A DNA stretch of 63,283 nt, the filler included, from Hyphochytrium catenoides (taxonomy: Eukaryota > Protista > Hyphochytriomycota): NCBI GenBank assembly GCA_900088475.1. It is 5 parts of 5 records of this genome, joined end to end, with 100 filler letters (N's around TTAATTAATTAA, not from the genome) between each part and the next. Parts side by side here need not be neighbours in the genome. Positions count along the whole stretch, not along the records: positions 21,136 to 52,056 come from FLMG01000144.1; 4 more parts are not named here. One strand, written 5' to 3'. Numbering within the stretch: position 1 is the first letter of the stretch; every line of letters begins with the position of its first letter. Below, one piece after another: positions 36,330 to 49,900 of the stretch. The position numbers and the translations under genes are program-made. The notes under the pieces were generated by a model, which did not search any database, was not told the DNA's origin, and saw nothing but the letters and a program-made list of their open reading frames with translations.

Positions 36330-38366
36330 TTAGTACCTTCCTTCAATTAAGGCATCTGCCACTTGCTCTACGTTGTGTGGAAAGAGAATCGCGTTTAGAA
36401 GTCTATCCGTTGTCAGCGGTTCTGCCTTTCTCCTCTTTCTAGGCTTTGTCTTGCTATCTGTTGTTTCTTCTCCTTCGTCTGCCCTTTGCATTGCTCTCGC
36501 TTGACTGACTGCCCTTCGCAAGCAGCTTAGATTCTCCTTGTGAGGGTAGACTTCCTCTCCTGGGTTAATCCAATCATCGAGCTCCTCTTCATCACCCGTA
36601 CACTCCACTTCGTAGCCCTTGAGGGCCGTGACAATGGTCCTTACAATCGCTTCTTTAACTCTCTCTCTGTCATCACTCTTTGCCTCCCACCAACAATTGA
36701 CAGAGAGAGATGCTGCCCTGCACTGAGCCAAATGCCACCAATGCCGAGGCAAGAACAACACATCACCTTCTTTCAAGTCAATGACGGTGGGAGGGTGGGC
36801 TTGACAGAACAGAGGGAAGAGTGATGAATCAATAGGAAATCTTGGGTCTAACTGGCTGTAGACACTACTCTCCTCATAAGGTACCCGGGTTGGATAGAGA
36901 AAGGGTGTGTCTTCGGGAGCAAAGAGAAGCCATCGCTTCGTTCCTTTCACCTGGAGGATCAGGTTGGAGCCGTAAGTATCGTAGTGCAGAGGAGTGAAGG
37001 CGCCTGCAGAGCCCAGCCACAGAGTCGCGTCGAGGAGAGTTCTGTCTCCTGGAACTCCAAGCTCTCTCCACGGCGTATAAATCTTGAGCTCTTCTTTAAG
37101 ACCTTCAGACGAATCCGAGAGAAGCTCCTTGATAGCAAGCAGAGTTCGCATGAGTGACAATGTCCCCATATCGCCCCCTTAACATCTATAAAGTATGCGC
37201 ACTCCTTATTCTAGGTGGATGAGCCCTAGTCTTCCTATCTCTAGGGCTTCCTCAGTCTATGGAGCTTACCGCAAAGTGCTTGTAGCTGCAATAGCCCCAA
37301 TGTCGAGGACGTTTCCTCTTCTTCCCTGCCGCAAGTGTTCCGAGTGCCTGGTCTCTGTCAGCCCCCTCAGGTAGGGCAACCCCGTTCGGACCTATAGCAC
37401 AAAGCAGTTCAGTGAGGATTCACTCTTCTTCGTCACCAATCGAGAGCAGGAGGCCCAAGGGGAAGAGGAAACCAAGAGCCACAGCGGGCTGAAACGAGAG
37501 CCCAGTTTTGCCCAGCAACCGCAATCTGTTGCTTCTGGCTAGCATCACCCCTTCCCTATTCTGAACCTTGCATCCTGCTCTGTTAAATTCCTTGATTCCG
37601 CTACCAGGACAGGTCCCTCTCTCCTACAAGGCTAGCTCTGGACCGGCAGCGTCCTTATCCGCACACGTGCACCTATTTCTGCGAACCGTCATCCCCTAAC
37701 CTCTTTGTTCCTTAAGTCTTTGGTGGTCGCACCTATATGGGGCTGCTGCTCGCTCAGTTGTGTTGTCACTCCTGCGTTATCGCTTGAGGACAGAACTGGG
37801 CTTGCTTTCCCTTCCCCTTTGTCTTTTGCTTGCGCCTTCTTGTAGCGTTCTCCATCTGCCTCCTCCGCTGTCAATGCTTCAACATGCTGGATCCAAGCTG
37901 CAAACTCTCCGAGACTCACCTCGCGCCAGTAGCACTCATGCTCCCATCCATGACACTCTTTTGCTTTATGTTCCTTCCTCATCCTCTCATTTTCCCGCCC
38001 GATTCCCAAGCCCAAGGCCGCCTGCCCACCTTCCTCATGATCTCCTCCTGGTTTGCTCTCTGTCTGAAGAAAGCGCGCAGAGGTGCGAAGGTGCCCTAGC
38101 TGCTCTTGAAACAGCACCAGGTCCTTCCATTTCAAGACTGGCCAATGCCCAACGCCGCCGGAAAGCATCACAGGTTGAGTGCCATCAGCTAGAGCTGCCA
38201 GCCAGTCAGAGCGCCACGTCTCGCAGGAGGAAGCATCAATTTGGATCACCGATGGCGACAGGCGAGCGCTATCCCCTCTGGATAAGTCCTTCTCCATCAC
38301 CAGCCACCCTTTGTTGGTCCTGCGTACGAGCTCTCCGTTTCTAACTAAGGCTGCTCTCCTTTCCAT
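36330..38366 (-). CDS. JmjC/cupin 2-oxoglutarate oxygenase, HSPBAP1-like
   Basis: PVMLSGGVGHWPVLKW; LWLGSAGAFTPLHYDTYGSNLILQVKGTKRWLLFAPEDTPFLYPTRVPYEESSVYS; LKEGDVLFLPRHWWH (HxD…H triad); ERVKEAIVR. The LYPTRxPYEESSV stretch is characteristic of HSPBAP1. Confidence 0.88.
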
Positions 38367-39200
38367 GAAAGCACCACACACTACCAGGAAGATCGCCCTG
38401 GATCGCAGACAGCCGTTGTATCGATGACGAAGCGCATTGAGTTATTGCCAAACTTGATCTCCAGATTACGGCACCTGAATTCTGAAGCTTGTGGCCGTAG
38501 AGACTAGGAGATTTCGCATTATGGCCCCATGGGGCTTCATGCCTGTATTCTTTATTCACCTCTGTGCTACCTCCAAACAATAACGGTACAGATCCTTGCA
38601 TTTTATCCCATTATTGTCGCATATCCTTGGTCAAAGAAATGAAGACCTCCCTCTTTATTTTTAACTTCACGCTAGGAAAGATCCCCTTAAGTGGCTGATT
38701 GATTATGGGTTTTATGCTTATCAGAAGTTCTTTTTATAATATACCTAGGAAAGGGCTTGAGAGTAGAAGTCCTTCACTCTCTTTGACCCGACCCTATCTA
38801 CGTCCCAGTGCCTCTCTCAACCCTAGCGGTTCCTTAGCTTCCAGGACGGGACTCCAGCTCACTTGACTCGCCTAATCCTTCTTCTCATCATGGGCACAGT
38901 TCCTCGACCATCGATGATGGCTGGAGGAGACTAAAGGAAAGGGAAAGAGTGTTTAAATGATCACCATAGCAGTGGTAGCCCTAGCCTCTTTCCAAATCGA
39001 CCATAGCGGCACCCTCACCACGGTCTACACTCGGAAAGGCCATGGTTGTACCACATCCTCTTCAGTGGCTCCATGACTGATGCTCTCATACAGGAAGGGA
39101 GCATGCAGGGGCTTGTCGGTGAAAGACTCGGAAGAGCCACCCCAAGCGATGAACAGGAGCCAAAAGAAAGAGCTAGAGAGGCAAAGTATGGAGCACGGGC

Positions 39201-42200
39201 CTAGGGTCTGCCGGTTCCATAATTGCCACTTTGTTGCCTGGAGTGTCTCTGAGGATAAGAGGCTTGCGGAGACGGGAAGAAATTATGTGAAGGCCCAGGG
39301 GGGAACGGCATGGGCATCCCTGGGTGCCCAAAATGGGGAGGGGGAGGGAAATGATAGGGAGGAATGGGGCGGGCATGAGGATGCAGATGGGCGTTCGGAG
39401 GTGGAGGGGGAGGAAAGAACATCGGGTGCGGAGGTCCAGGTGCAACTGCCGATCCAGCACTTTGTATGGGAAGACCAGTTATTGGATCAATAGCCATGCG
39501 CTCCACAGTAGCAGGAGAAGGCCCAGTAAAGAGAGATAGAAGGTTGACTGCAGCCTCAGTCTGGGACGTAGTAGAAGGTGATTTGTTGACAGCGATCGGT
39601 GCCGCGCTTTCCCTCATCTCCTCGGCGTCGGCCTCCACGGTCTGCTGCGGAATCAGGTTCAACTTTGTCGCGGGTGCTGAAACAGATGGTTTCTGAGCTC
39701 GACGAAGGAGCTCCTCTTCCGTGTTAGAAACAGATGGCTTCTGAGCTCGACGAAGGAGCTCCTCTTCCGTGTTAGAAACAGATGGCTTCTGAGCTCTACG
39801 AAGGAGCTCCTCTTCCGTTAGCATCTGCGGTAGACGTGAGGGTTGGGACTGATGGCTTTCTAACTTGGTGCCGAAGAGTGAGGAAGCGAAGTGGTCGAAC
39901 GAAAAGCCTGAGGGTTTAGTGTCCTGATGACTCTCCTCGCGAATTGTCCGTTGATCTTCGGTCACCTCTCTGGTCGAATCGCTACGCTTCGTCTTCTTAG
40001 CTTCTGTTTCCTCTTCTTCGTTCGTAAGGGGATGAGATGGAAGCCCTTCGTCCCCGTTGGCATGTGCATTCTCAAGACGAATGGAGTCTATCGCATCTAA
40101 AAGAGGATTTCTATCAGTCAGATCAAAGCTGCCACCTGACTCCAAAATAGACCGTCGGGGAAGGGGATCAGCGGGGGAGGAGAGAGGAGAATATTGCGGA
40201 AGAGCAGAGAGGAGGCGTGAGGTGCTCGCCGATCTTCCTTTGGGGTTGAATAGGACGATATCTTCTTCTTCGTCCAATATGGCTCTGGCACCGACGGCAA
40301 AGTGTCCAATGTGAGGTTTCACCCCATTGTCTAATACGTCTTCTTCCTTGTGCCTTTCCGGCACCTCCTCTGTCTGGACACTAAGCACCTCCTCAGCTGT
40401 CTTTACGGTATAGATGAACTCCTCATCGTCACTTTCTCTTCCGTCCCTTAAAGCCCTAAGTTGATCCTTCCTGTTTCTGTAGGTCTGCAATCTCTCTTTC
40501 ATGAAGGAACGATATTGCCTGAGCTTCTGAGCTTTGATGAAGGGAACTTGTCTCAATCTTTGAGCAAACTGCTGTTGCAAGCCCAAAGTTTGTATATACT
40601 TCACAGCGACATGGAATTGATCATCCTGCAGGGAAAAAGGGAAGGAACGCCAAGAAGAGACCGCGTCGTCGTTGAGCAGAAGAAAACCTCGAAGACTCGA
40701 ACAGATAGCAATAGTCCCAAGATCATGATCGCAGCACAGCCCATATATCTGCTTACGGAGCCGTACAACTCCCCTCTCTGCCTACGGAGCCGTACAACTC
40801 CTCTCTCTTGCTCTCTACCTAAATAAAGCTGTGCCCCGAACCCTTTGGTCCCACTTTCAGTGAATCCTCGGTCCCTTACCTCAAAAGCCTGCTCAATTAG
40901 TTCTCGGGGGCTAAACTCGGCTTCACAGCTTAATCCAAGCTTGATTGCATACTTGATTGCCTTGTAATGCTCCTTGCATGCGATCAGTGTCCGCACGAAA
41001 CTCCTTAGGAGCTCCACGTGCTTGTGAGGGGCCTCCAGGTTCTTGTGTTGGAACTCATGCATCGATTTTAAGGTGTGGTGCGCAGTTTTGGGTGCTATTC
41101 CCATTTCCCGGATGTAAGTTAGTGCCGTCAAGAAGTCATGGGAGTCTATGACGCTTTGCACAATCACTTCTTTAGGGAAAAGCTCCTTAAGCTTGGAATC
41201 GTTGTTAATGTACTTAAGAGCCGTGTCCCACTCTCGGTTACGAAGCATGTGTTGGATGAGAATGCGTGGAGGAATGTGATCCTCTAAGTGCAGGGCCTAC
41301 GCGGGAGAGTGAGAGGCTTTAGACAACAAGATAACCAGAGAACGTCGAGGGCACAAGCACGGGAGTGAAAGTTGTACACGGCAGTGCGAGAGCCAACTAC
41401 ATCCCTGCATCTGGGCGGCGTGCAGACCGATGTATTAGACTAATAGAAGAGGTGTGAGAGTAGAAGCCGCAATGGACGTAAAAAGCGTTTCTGAAGGATG
41501 GAACCTCGCAAATTCGCCAGCGCCTTACTATTTACCTTCACTTGCTTGTACGCTGCAGACCACTGCTTCTCGTGTACCATGGCCTTCACGACATCTATTG
41601 GTGGGAAGATAGACGCTAGGTTGAACTCGTCAATGTATTTAAGCGCCAGCGTAAACTGCTTGGCCCTAAGAATAGCTTGGACTAGGGTCTGAGGGGTCCA
41701 AGAGGGCTTCCTAGTTGCAGAAGACGTTGAAATGGTGGCGCCAAAACCTTCAATGAACTCCTTCGCATACTTGACGGCGAGATTAAACTGATTGCTCATA
41801 ACTAGGCGGGATATCAAAAGGTTGACAAGCTGCTGGTTGCCTTGCAACTTGAAGTCACGAATCCAGCGCCCTGTAAGGTCAAACATTTTATCCTCTAAAG
41901 CAAGTTTGACAAGGTCTGCTAGCTGATACTTTCCGGCCAGAAAAGTACTGCGACGGAGCAATGTCGCAGCTTCATCATATTGTTTGCCCTGCAATGTAAG
42001 ACGGAGCCTATTCTCCTGCTCATCTGGTGCTAAGGAGTTGATATCGGTCTCAGCTTGTGGCTTTCTACGGATATGAGGAGAGACGTAACGGCTAGGAGAG
42101 CTGTGCCGATCCTTTAAAGGCTTATTTCCCTCTGATGACACTGACTGAGGATTCGAGGCCCGGGTTCTACTAGCTGAGGTGTCTCGAGAGGCTTGAGGGC

Positions 42201-43520
42201 TCGAGGAACGCCAGTCCCCTTTCTGGCTGGTGCTTGGATACTGCCGATGAGGTGAAGAGTAGCGTCCGGCCATATGGCCAGGTGATGCAGATCGCTGGGC
42301 TGTCGTCTGGCCGCGGTTCGGTGATGCTGTCCCATCCTTCGGACGCTGACTTGGGGTCGAACTGTCGCACAGTTAAGATAGTGGAGTTGAGTTCACTTGG
42401 TAGTATGGTATGTGCTGAGGTAGGCCATAACTCTATTCCCTGTCAGCTTACCTCAATGGTGGCTTAGGCTTAGATGCACCTGCGGGCGCTCGTCTTGGCT
42501 TGACGACCCCTAAGGATTCGAGCTGCATAGGGGCAGCGGAGGGAGGTGGTTGCTCCCAAGCTGACATGAGGTATCTCCTTTCCCACGGGCTTTTCGTCTT
42601 TCACGGGTTCCACAGACTTACTTGTAACAGCGGCATAAGCCTTGGTAAGGGGATAGCTAGAGGTCCACAGCCCCTCTTAGAATACTTTCAAGGTCTATTC
42701 TGTTATGCGAAGATCTATGGAAAAGACAAGTAACCAGCCCAATCAGCTTTGAGCCCTCGTGAGCGGTCTAGCTTGGAATACAGCTTCCCTTTTAGTGAGG
42801 TCTCTGCACTCTGCGTCTTCTTCAGAATCTGCCGTGCTGCGTCGAGCTCTGCTTTCTCGGAGGCTTTTTGAAGACTGCTGACAGTTCTGGTCCCCGATAT
42901 CTTCTTGTTCTTGGCTTGTGTTGTTAGCGCTCTAGGATGTCTCTATCACACTCTTCTTCTTCCCGGTATCTTGTGTACTTGGTAGAACGTCTCTTTCACT
43001 GCGGTCTGTCTCGCACCGTCTGCCTGGAGTTCCCATCTTCCCTTCCCCATCTCCTGCCATATCTTTTTCACTGACGAAAACCCTGGAAGCACGAGATGCG
43101 GATCACTCCAAGGGGGTATCTGGTCTTGCCAGGCTCCAGGGGGAGCTCTGACTTTCCCTTTCTAATGACAGATCAGAGATCAGAAGCCCAGGTCACTCAC
43201 TGCTTCGGCTCTTCAAAAGAAAAAAGTTACAGTCTCTGCTTGGTCGCTGAGGCGCTTCCAGAGTGTTCGCCTCCTCCTTTCTCGCTTCGTCGCTCACTTC
43301 AAGCTTGCTGCTTACACCGCCTTCAGCAGCGATGGTACGGCCAAGAGGATCCCCTTAGTTTCTTAGCTTGAATCACGCTGGGACGTGGCACGGACAGAGC
43401 TTGGAAGAGACGGAGGAAGACAGCGTTACAAGAAACGATTGAGGAAAGGGGCAGGATCAAAGGGAGGTGGCGATGTTGGCCACCCACTCTGCTAGAACTG
43501 CAGGGCTCCTCGTCTACCAT
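39201..43520 (-). CDS. Large protein with repeated short helical units, low-complexity ends and a Pro/His-rich C-terminus (start approximate)
   Basis: ORFs 41440-42273, 40601-41248 and 39201-40604 are joined by introns. Recurring units include KQFTLALKYIDEFNLASIFPP, REWDTALKYINNDSKLKELFPK and KEHYKAIKYAIKLGL…FSPRELI. Confidence 0.7.
39679..39820 (-). repeat. Coding tandem repeat, 3 x 48 bp (TEEELLRRAQKPSVSN)
   Basis: Three near-identical copies of GAAACAGATGG(C/T)TTCTGAGCTC(G/T)ACGAAGGAGCTCCTCTTCCGT on the + strand. Confidence 0.95.
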
Positions 43521-43576
43521 GCAAGTCAACCACAAGTTTGACAAGTCGGGTCCCAGCTGATGGTTGGTACTAGCAG

Positions 43577-46500
43577 ATGATCAGCGGACAAGAAGTCATG
43601 GCTGAGAAGGAAGCTCTTCCCCCCCAATCAGCGCTTCAGTTCATTGCCTCCTTTGATGTGGGCCAATGCGTTGACGGTTCAGCAGGGGAACCAACCGATA
43701 GCCTCAGCCGTGCCCTGGTTCCGGTGCAAGGGTCCGGAAGCTTATCGCTGGCGCTTGCAGAGGGAGGTGCTGAGGTGCCGTTTAGGCAGCTGGAGGTGGA
43801 GACAAATTTAAACGAGAGCGTGGCGGACATTGCAGAGGTAGGGTTGGAAAGTACGGCTTCAAAAGGCCAAGATTGAGGGACTTGCTCCCTAAATGTTCTT
43901 GTTGCTGCATGTCAGCCACTTACCTCCTTTTCCTTCCCTAGTACCATAAGCAACTTGCAGTGCGACTGACAAATGGGCAATATGAACTGGCATCCAGTGG
44001 GGAGGACATCCCTGTTGGCGAGGACATTGATTTCTTAGGTAGTCCATACTCCCTGCCATATTTCCTCCAGCTTTTCCATCTGTCTCCCTCTTTCTACTTG
44101 TCTCTCGCTCTCTCTAGAAAAAGAGAAGCATCAACAACTTAGAGTGTGCTTTGCTCACAAGGACTCAGCGATGCTCTGATAGCTGGCAAGCCACCAAGAA
44201 GTCCTCTTATTTTTGAGAACCTGTTTTGGCTCTTATGCGTTCGTCGTCTTTTGTCCTACCAATAACAATCACCCTGTCCTCTGTTCGCAATATCTAGGGC
44301 CTGCCGATAACATCAAAACTCTCTTTAAGATCCCTTACTCCTCTTCATCGGTATCGCTCGCTGTCCACAAGCTGGGGCAAACACTGATAGTCGATGGTGA
44401 AGTGGACTATGAAGATATCAAAGCCCACACGCGGCAATTTAGCCGAGATGAGGTGAGCTTAACGGCAACTGCTGGGCAGAAAAGGAAGCGTGAGCACGGT
44501 ACTCTATTTAAAAGTGCCTAGGGCACCATTTACGGGTACCGCACACTAGAGATAGCCGCAAAAAGTGAGCGTTGCGGCGATAGACAGGAGAGGCACGGAC
44601 CAGCGGGAAGAAGGAGGAAAGGGTGGTCGACTCATTATATTTTCTCTACACTCCTCTTCCTACACATCTCTGGGCTTACCCACGCGACCCAGCTATGTCC
44701 CTTCTAAATAAGTTACTGCTTGTGCATCCCTTAGAACCTCTATCGGGCCCTATTGACACGGAGTATTGAAGGCTTTCCCTCCACTTCCGAAGCGGAAGCT
44801 GCACCCGTCGATGAAGGTATTGGCCAGAATTGTTTCCTGTGCGATTGTTCTCAGATCCTTGATTTCTGGTTGGAGTGCTTACCACACGCGGCAATAGACT
44901 TCTGATGTGACTCATTTATCAGAAGAGAAGACTAGTAAACATGATGAGAACTTTCACACCGTGGAGGATAGAACACAAGGGCAGCTGGTGAAGGCGGAGG
45001 ACTCGCCTTCCCCTCTTTTAATGCCAGAGTTTCAAGATATTCGAGAGCAGTTCTCAGCTGGAAGCATGGGTGCAGCGCAAACGACTCAATCGTTTAGGAG
45101 AGTTCTGCACTGGAACTTTGCAGGCTTAAATATGGTACGAAGGCAGTCAATGTGCGTAATGACAGGGGCAGGGGCGTTTAGCCATTCAAATATGAATGAA
45201 TGCAAGTTGCAGCGAAGCCGTTGTGGATCACTGCGCAAAGCATACTCAAGGCAATAGCGGAGATATAGTCTAGGCTCGATAGGGTCGTGTAGATTGTTGC
45301 AAGAGACTATGCGCGAAGTTAGACGGAAGGAGGCGGACGAGAGAGCGACGGTCAAACGTGGTGTGCAGTGCTGATAGTCTCTTCGCTAACGAATGCTCGC
45401 GGGCAACCCATTTAGCTGCTTGGTAGCGACCTCGTTGTCTTCCGGAACTCGGAACACCCAGCAGTTTCTCTCAAGCTGCAGGATATGAACCAGAAAATAG
45501 CTCCCCTAACTGCTTTGGATTACTATTTGGATAATCTGGTCGGTTCCTCCTCTTAGCATCTTTTTCCTTGTATGAAGGACTTTCGTTCTGTCGTATATCG
45601 CCTCCCTAATCACTCATCTTTTCACATTATGGCCCGCTGTCCACCCATCCTTCCCGCGATTGTGGTCTCATGATCCTCTCCTTTCCGTCATAACCTTTGA
45701 TCTCTCTCGCCCACAGATGGCAAATGTTCCCGAACTGGCGGTCTGTCTGCATTCTGAAGGCTTCGTTCGCGGTTACCGCCTGGTTGAGACAAAGGACATT
45801 CCTTACCTGAACGGTCCCTCTGTACCGCTATTTGACCCGTCGGTCGTCCACCTTTCGGCTCTTGAGCTCATGAAGTTCCTGAAGGTAAATGCAAAGTACT
45901 CACTATGTAGACACTGGAACGGAGACGAAGCGAATCAGGTTGACGGGAGGAGGTAGAGCATAAGGTGTGGGCAAATCGATCGGAAGTGATACGACAGCTA
46001 TAAGCCATACCACTGAAATTGTTAAGGGACATAGCAAGTGAACAGTGACCTCTGATGAAAGAGTAAAATACAACGGGTACAAACTTTGGAATTCAACCTC
46101 CTTTGGCTAGTGCTCACTTCTTTTGTTTTTTTCACAGAGTCACTGCACGACGGAAGGGGGCACATATCTCCTCTACCGGGAGTCAGAGCACGACATGCTG
46201 CGGCTCTATGACGTAACCTCGCTTTCCATAAAGCAGCAGAAGAAGTGGAAATATATGCTTTCTATGCTGTGCTTCCGATTTGCCCTTCGTCTTTCGCGTC
46301 TTCTTCTTTCCCCATCCTGTCCTTCCAACGTCCGTCAGAGGGTACAGGAGAGACAGAGACAACTCTTTAACGCTTGTCTGAATTTGCTGAGAGACCTCCA
46401 CCAAATGGGAGGAGCGGGACATGAGACCATTTGTGCTTCTGTGGAGGTGAGGTATTGTTCCTTTCTAATACGACATCTGGGGCGACAAATGTATCTCCTC

Positions 46501-49497
46501 CTTAACTTCTTCCAACTCTCCTCTTTTGGCGCCTAGGTTTCTCTTTTCAGCATCTTGGTAACCTTTTCTTCTTCTGCCTCCGTCTTGTTGTCTATCCCTT
46601 GACAGAGTCGATTGTGCTTGCCATATTAAGGGTGCCTTGAATTATACGCTCAGCTACCTCTTTTTCTCTCCCCTTCCGCTTTTGAATGATAAGGGTATAG
46701 TGACCACTGTACCATAGATTATATTCTTTGACAGGTGCTCTGACTTTCTCGACTCTGTGCAGGAACACATAGCAGACTCATATCTTAGGGAAGCAAAGGA
46801 CATAGATAGGGGGGACAACTACGGACAGAAAGGGCAACCGAGTGATAGCGACGATAGAATTGCACCCTCTGTATGTTGGTTATTTCCACTTTTCAGATAT
46901 ACGTCCACGCATATATCTGATTTCTTCATTGCTTGTTTCTTCTAGATTGAAGCTCTTCTATCTGCGAACAACCATCTAGGCAACGCTATCGATACCTTGC
47001 AATGCCTAAGAGAAAGTAGAGAAGACAGCGAGGGAGGCGCCTGGGATGAGGCGGAAGTGAGAACCAGTGGTGCAGAGACAGAAGAGCGGATTAGCTTTGG
47101 CTATGAAGAAAACGAAGACGAGGAAGACGAAGAAACTATGGATGATATGCTGCTGCTGCAGATCATGAGCCTGGAAGCAAAGAAGATGAAGACATGTCTG
47201 GATATTATAGAGAAATATTTTCTTCTGAAGAAGGTGCAAGAAAGTCTTCACCTCCTATCTTCGGCGGTTGCGTCTCTCTTTAAATTCGTACAGACCAACA
47301 TTAAGAGCCTTAGGTCGGAGATATTCAGATCTAACCGCATTGAGGCTGCCAGACATTATTTATCTCTCATGAAAGCTCTAGGAGACATTGCCATAGCGAT
47401 GGGTTCGGCTGCATCCTCCCATTCAACATGCTTTTCCACTATCGGCGAACTGCACTCTAAGCTTAGGGAGATTGGTCCCTTGTTGGCTGTTCCCCATCTG
47501 TTGGACGGCGAAGAGACTGATATACCTATGGCAGATCATGGAGAGGATTATCTACTGAATCTTGGAATCTCTTGTTACACCTACCTCAAGGACCTGGGAC
47601 GAACAGTGGATGAAGAACGGTAAGCATTGCGAAAACTTTGCATTGTTATTTCTAAAGTAAGCTGTTATTTGACGATAGTTTGAAGAGTTGGATCCTTCTA
47701 GATCTCCATGGCCCACGCGTCATAGTATCATGTCACTCTACTATTCTATTTTCTTTCCCGTCTTCACCAATTTGGATGCCATTTCATTGGTGCAAGGTGA
47801 GAATAGTGCTAAAATCATCTCACATCCACTCAGTCGGATACGACAGCGGCTAGGAAGCGCTTTGAACGAGAAAGGAAAGAGAGAGAGGGAGAGGAGTCAA
47901 CCAGCCAAGGCGAAAGTTCTCTTCGAGGAAGCACTTGCTTTGTTCCAGGAAATAGATGATATCCATCCCTCGTAACCCCTTTTTGCTGCCCTGACTTTTT
48001 GGTGTTATAATGGAGCCCTGCTGTGCCTTGATTGTTTGAAGTATTAACAGTATGGTGCCTGGCGCCCTGTCTGCATGTTAATCTGGTGACCTCTATCTCC
48101 TCATTTCCTAATTTGTCGGCCTTAGGGGGTTCCTTAAGTTGTGTCATCCTTAACTCCAGTGAACATCGGGATAATATCGCTCTACTAAACCTCAATTTGA
48201 GCTCGCTGTACAGAAGCTCTGCACACGGTAAAGCGAGCGACGCACATAGAGAGCTACTCTCCTCGCCTACCCCTTCAGAACACTTTGAGCAAGCTGTGCG
48301 TCATTGTGAGAATGCACGGGGGGCTCTCGGTGAGAGGAAAACGTAAGAACTGCCCTTCTCAAAGCAGTACCTGCTATCGCCGTCCGTGGTGTGAAGAACC
48401 TCGTAGCTCTGACATAAGAGCCTCTCCATCCATTACCCTTACATTGTGCGCAATTCTCCTCACATGTCTTTTCTAACAGCAATGCAGAGATCTGGGATCT
48501 CATAACCTCAGAGCTTGCAGTTGTTCATCTCAGCTGGGGGGTGCACCTCGCGCAACAACTACTTATAGACGAAGGATTGGTCCCAGAACAAAAGGAAGAG
48601 AGGACTATCGAGCAGATGGTGAAAGAGGCAAGCGTCCATCTGACCAGAGCACTAAACCTTTATATTGACCTTCAGAACAAGCGTCAAACGGCGGCGACCT
48701 ACTATCAACTCGCCGCGTTCAACTTAAAATGCTGGCAGCGGAACAAACGCCAGGCAAACCTTCAGGTGGCTCTTCGGTATTATCAGAAAGCGCTGGAGTA
48801 CTTTGGAACCCAGGTACGTGGAGCCTGAGCACCTTTCTTCGTGCTATACAAACGGCCCTTCAATTTATGGCCTTCTTGCTCTGGTAGTCGTAGAGTTTAT
48901 CGGTGCTCCCTTGAGAAGGGAGTTCCCATCAAAACCTCGTCTTTGTAGTTGCCTCTATCCAAAAACCTAGGGCCTATATCCCACTTCTGCTTGCTGCCAC
49001 TGACTTTGGCAAATAAGCGTTCCCAGAGCCGTCCGTAACAATTGTCTGTATTTTGGTTGTTCGCAACAGTTTGTGTTAGGGGTGAGGTGTTATACCTGTG
49101 CTGACCTTTGACGTCACGCATCCTTTTCTCTCAGGAGTGCGGTCAGGTGTTTATTATCATCCACTTGGACTTGGCCCTCCTTTACTCCTCTATAGATTCG
49201 ATAGACTGCCAGAGAAAAGCTCTCCAGTGCATACTGCAGACGAGGTATGCAATCAAGAATGTCGTGGATCACGGCGCTTTAACAGCCGACATAGTAGCGA
49301 GATTGAGAAGTTGCCTTCTCCATCTGGTGAGGGCGTCCGAGGCGGAGAAGGAGGGAGAAAAAGAACTAGATAGAACAGAGAGGACTGAGGAGTATAAGCG
49401 GCTTTACCGGAAAGCACTGTATGTGAATAGCGAAAATATTGTCGAGAAGCTCTCAGAGATTGCCAAAGACCACGACGCCCTCGTATTGAAGACATGA
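43577..49497 (+). CDS. EDRF1: EDRF1 (erythroid differentiation-related factor 1) homolog with C-terminal TPR-like helices
   Basis: DIDFLG|PADNIKTLFKIPYS…VSLAVHKLGQTLIVD; FRRVLHWNFAGLNM|LLGSDLVVF…PAVSLKL…LTALDYYLDNL|MANVPELAVCLHSEGFVRGYRLVETKDIP; MKFLK|SHCTTEGGTYLLYR…LRLYDVTSL; RLGSALNEKG; NIALLNLNL. Confidence 0.88.
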
Positions 49498-49900
49498 CGG
49501 TAAGGAGACCTCAGAAGAAGCTAGGGAGAGGAATAGGAGATTGGCATAATGGGGAAAGCGGGGAGGTGTAACGTGAGCTCGTCAATAGAACTGGAGGCTT
49601 TGCTTTTAATGGATAAATATTTATGATTGAAGAGCAGTGAACTATATTTGGTGAGAAAGGTTGACTATGCCTCTATAAATGACACCCGCTTCCTCGCGCC
49701 AAAGTTCAGTTGCGTATTGCTCACGATATAATTGGGGTGGGAGTCAACCGGCGAAGTAGCAGAAGCGCCCCAGTGTAGTGAGGATGGGACGTTGAAGAGA
49801 GGGGAGGGACTTCTTTGAGGATCGTGGGAGAGATCGTGCCAAGACAGAACGGCATAGCCTTTTTAGCGCTCCGTACAGATGCACTTGAAATTATCTGTGC

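Noticed and set aside
40754-40808. 29-bp direct duplication (TACGGAGCCGTACAACTC…)
   Set aside because: Two copies inside an intron; an ordinary local slippage duplication.
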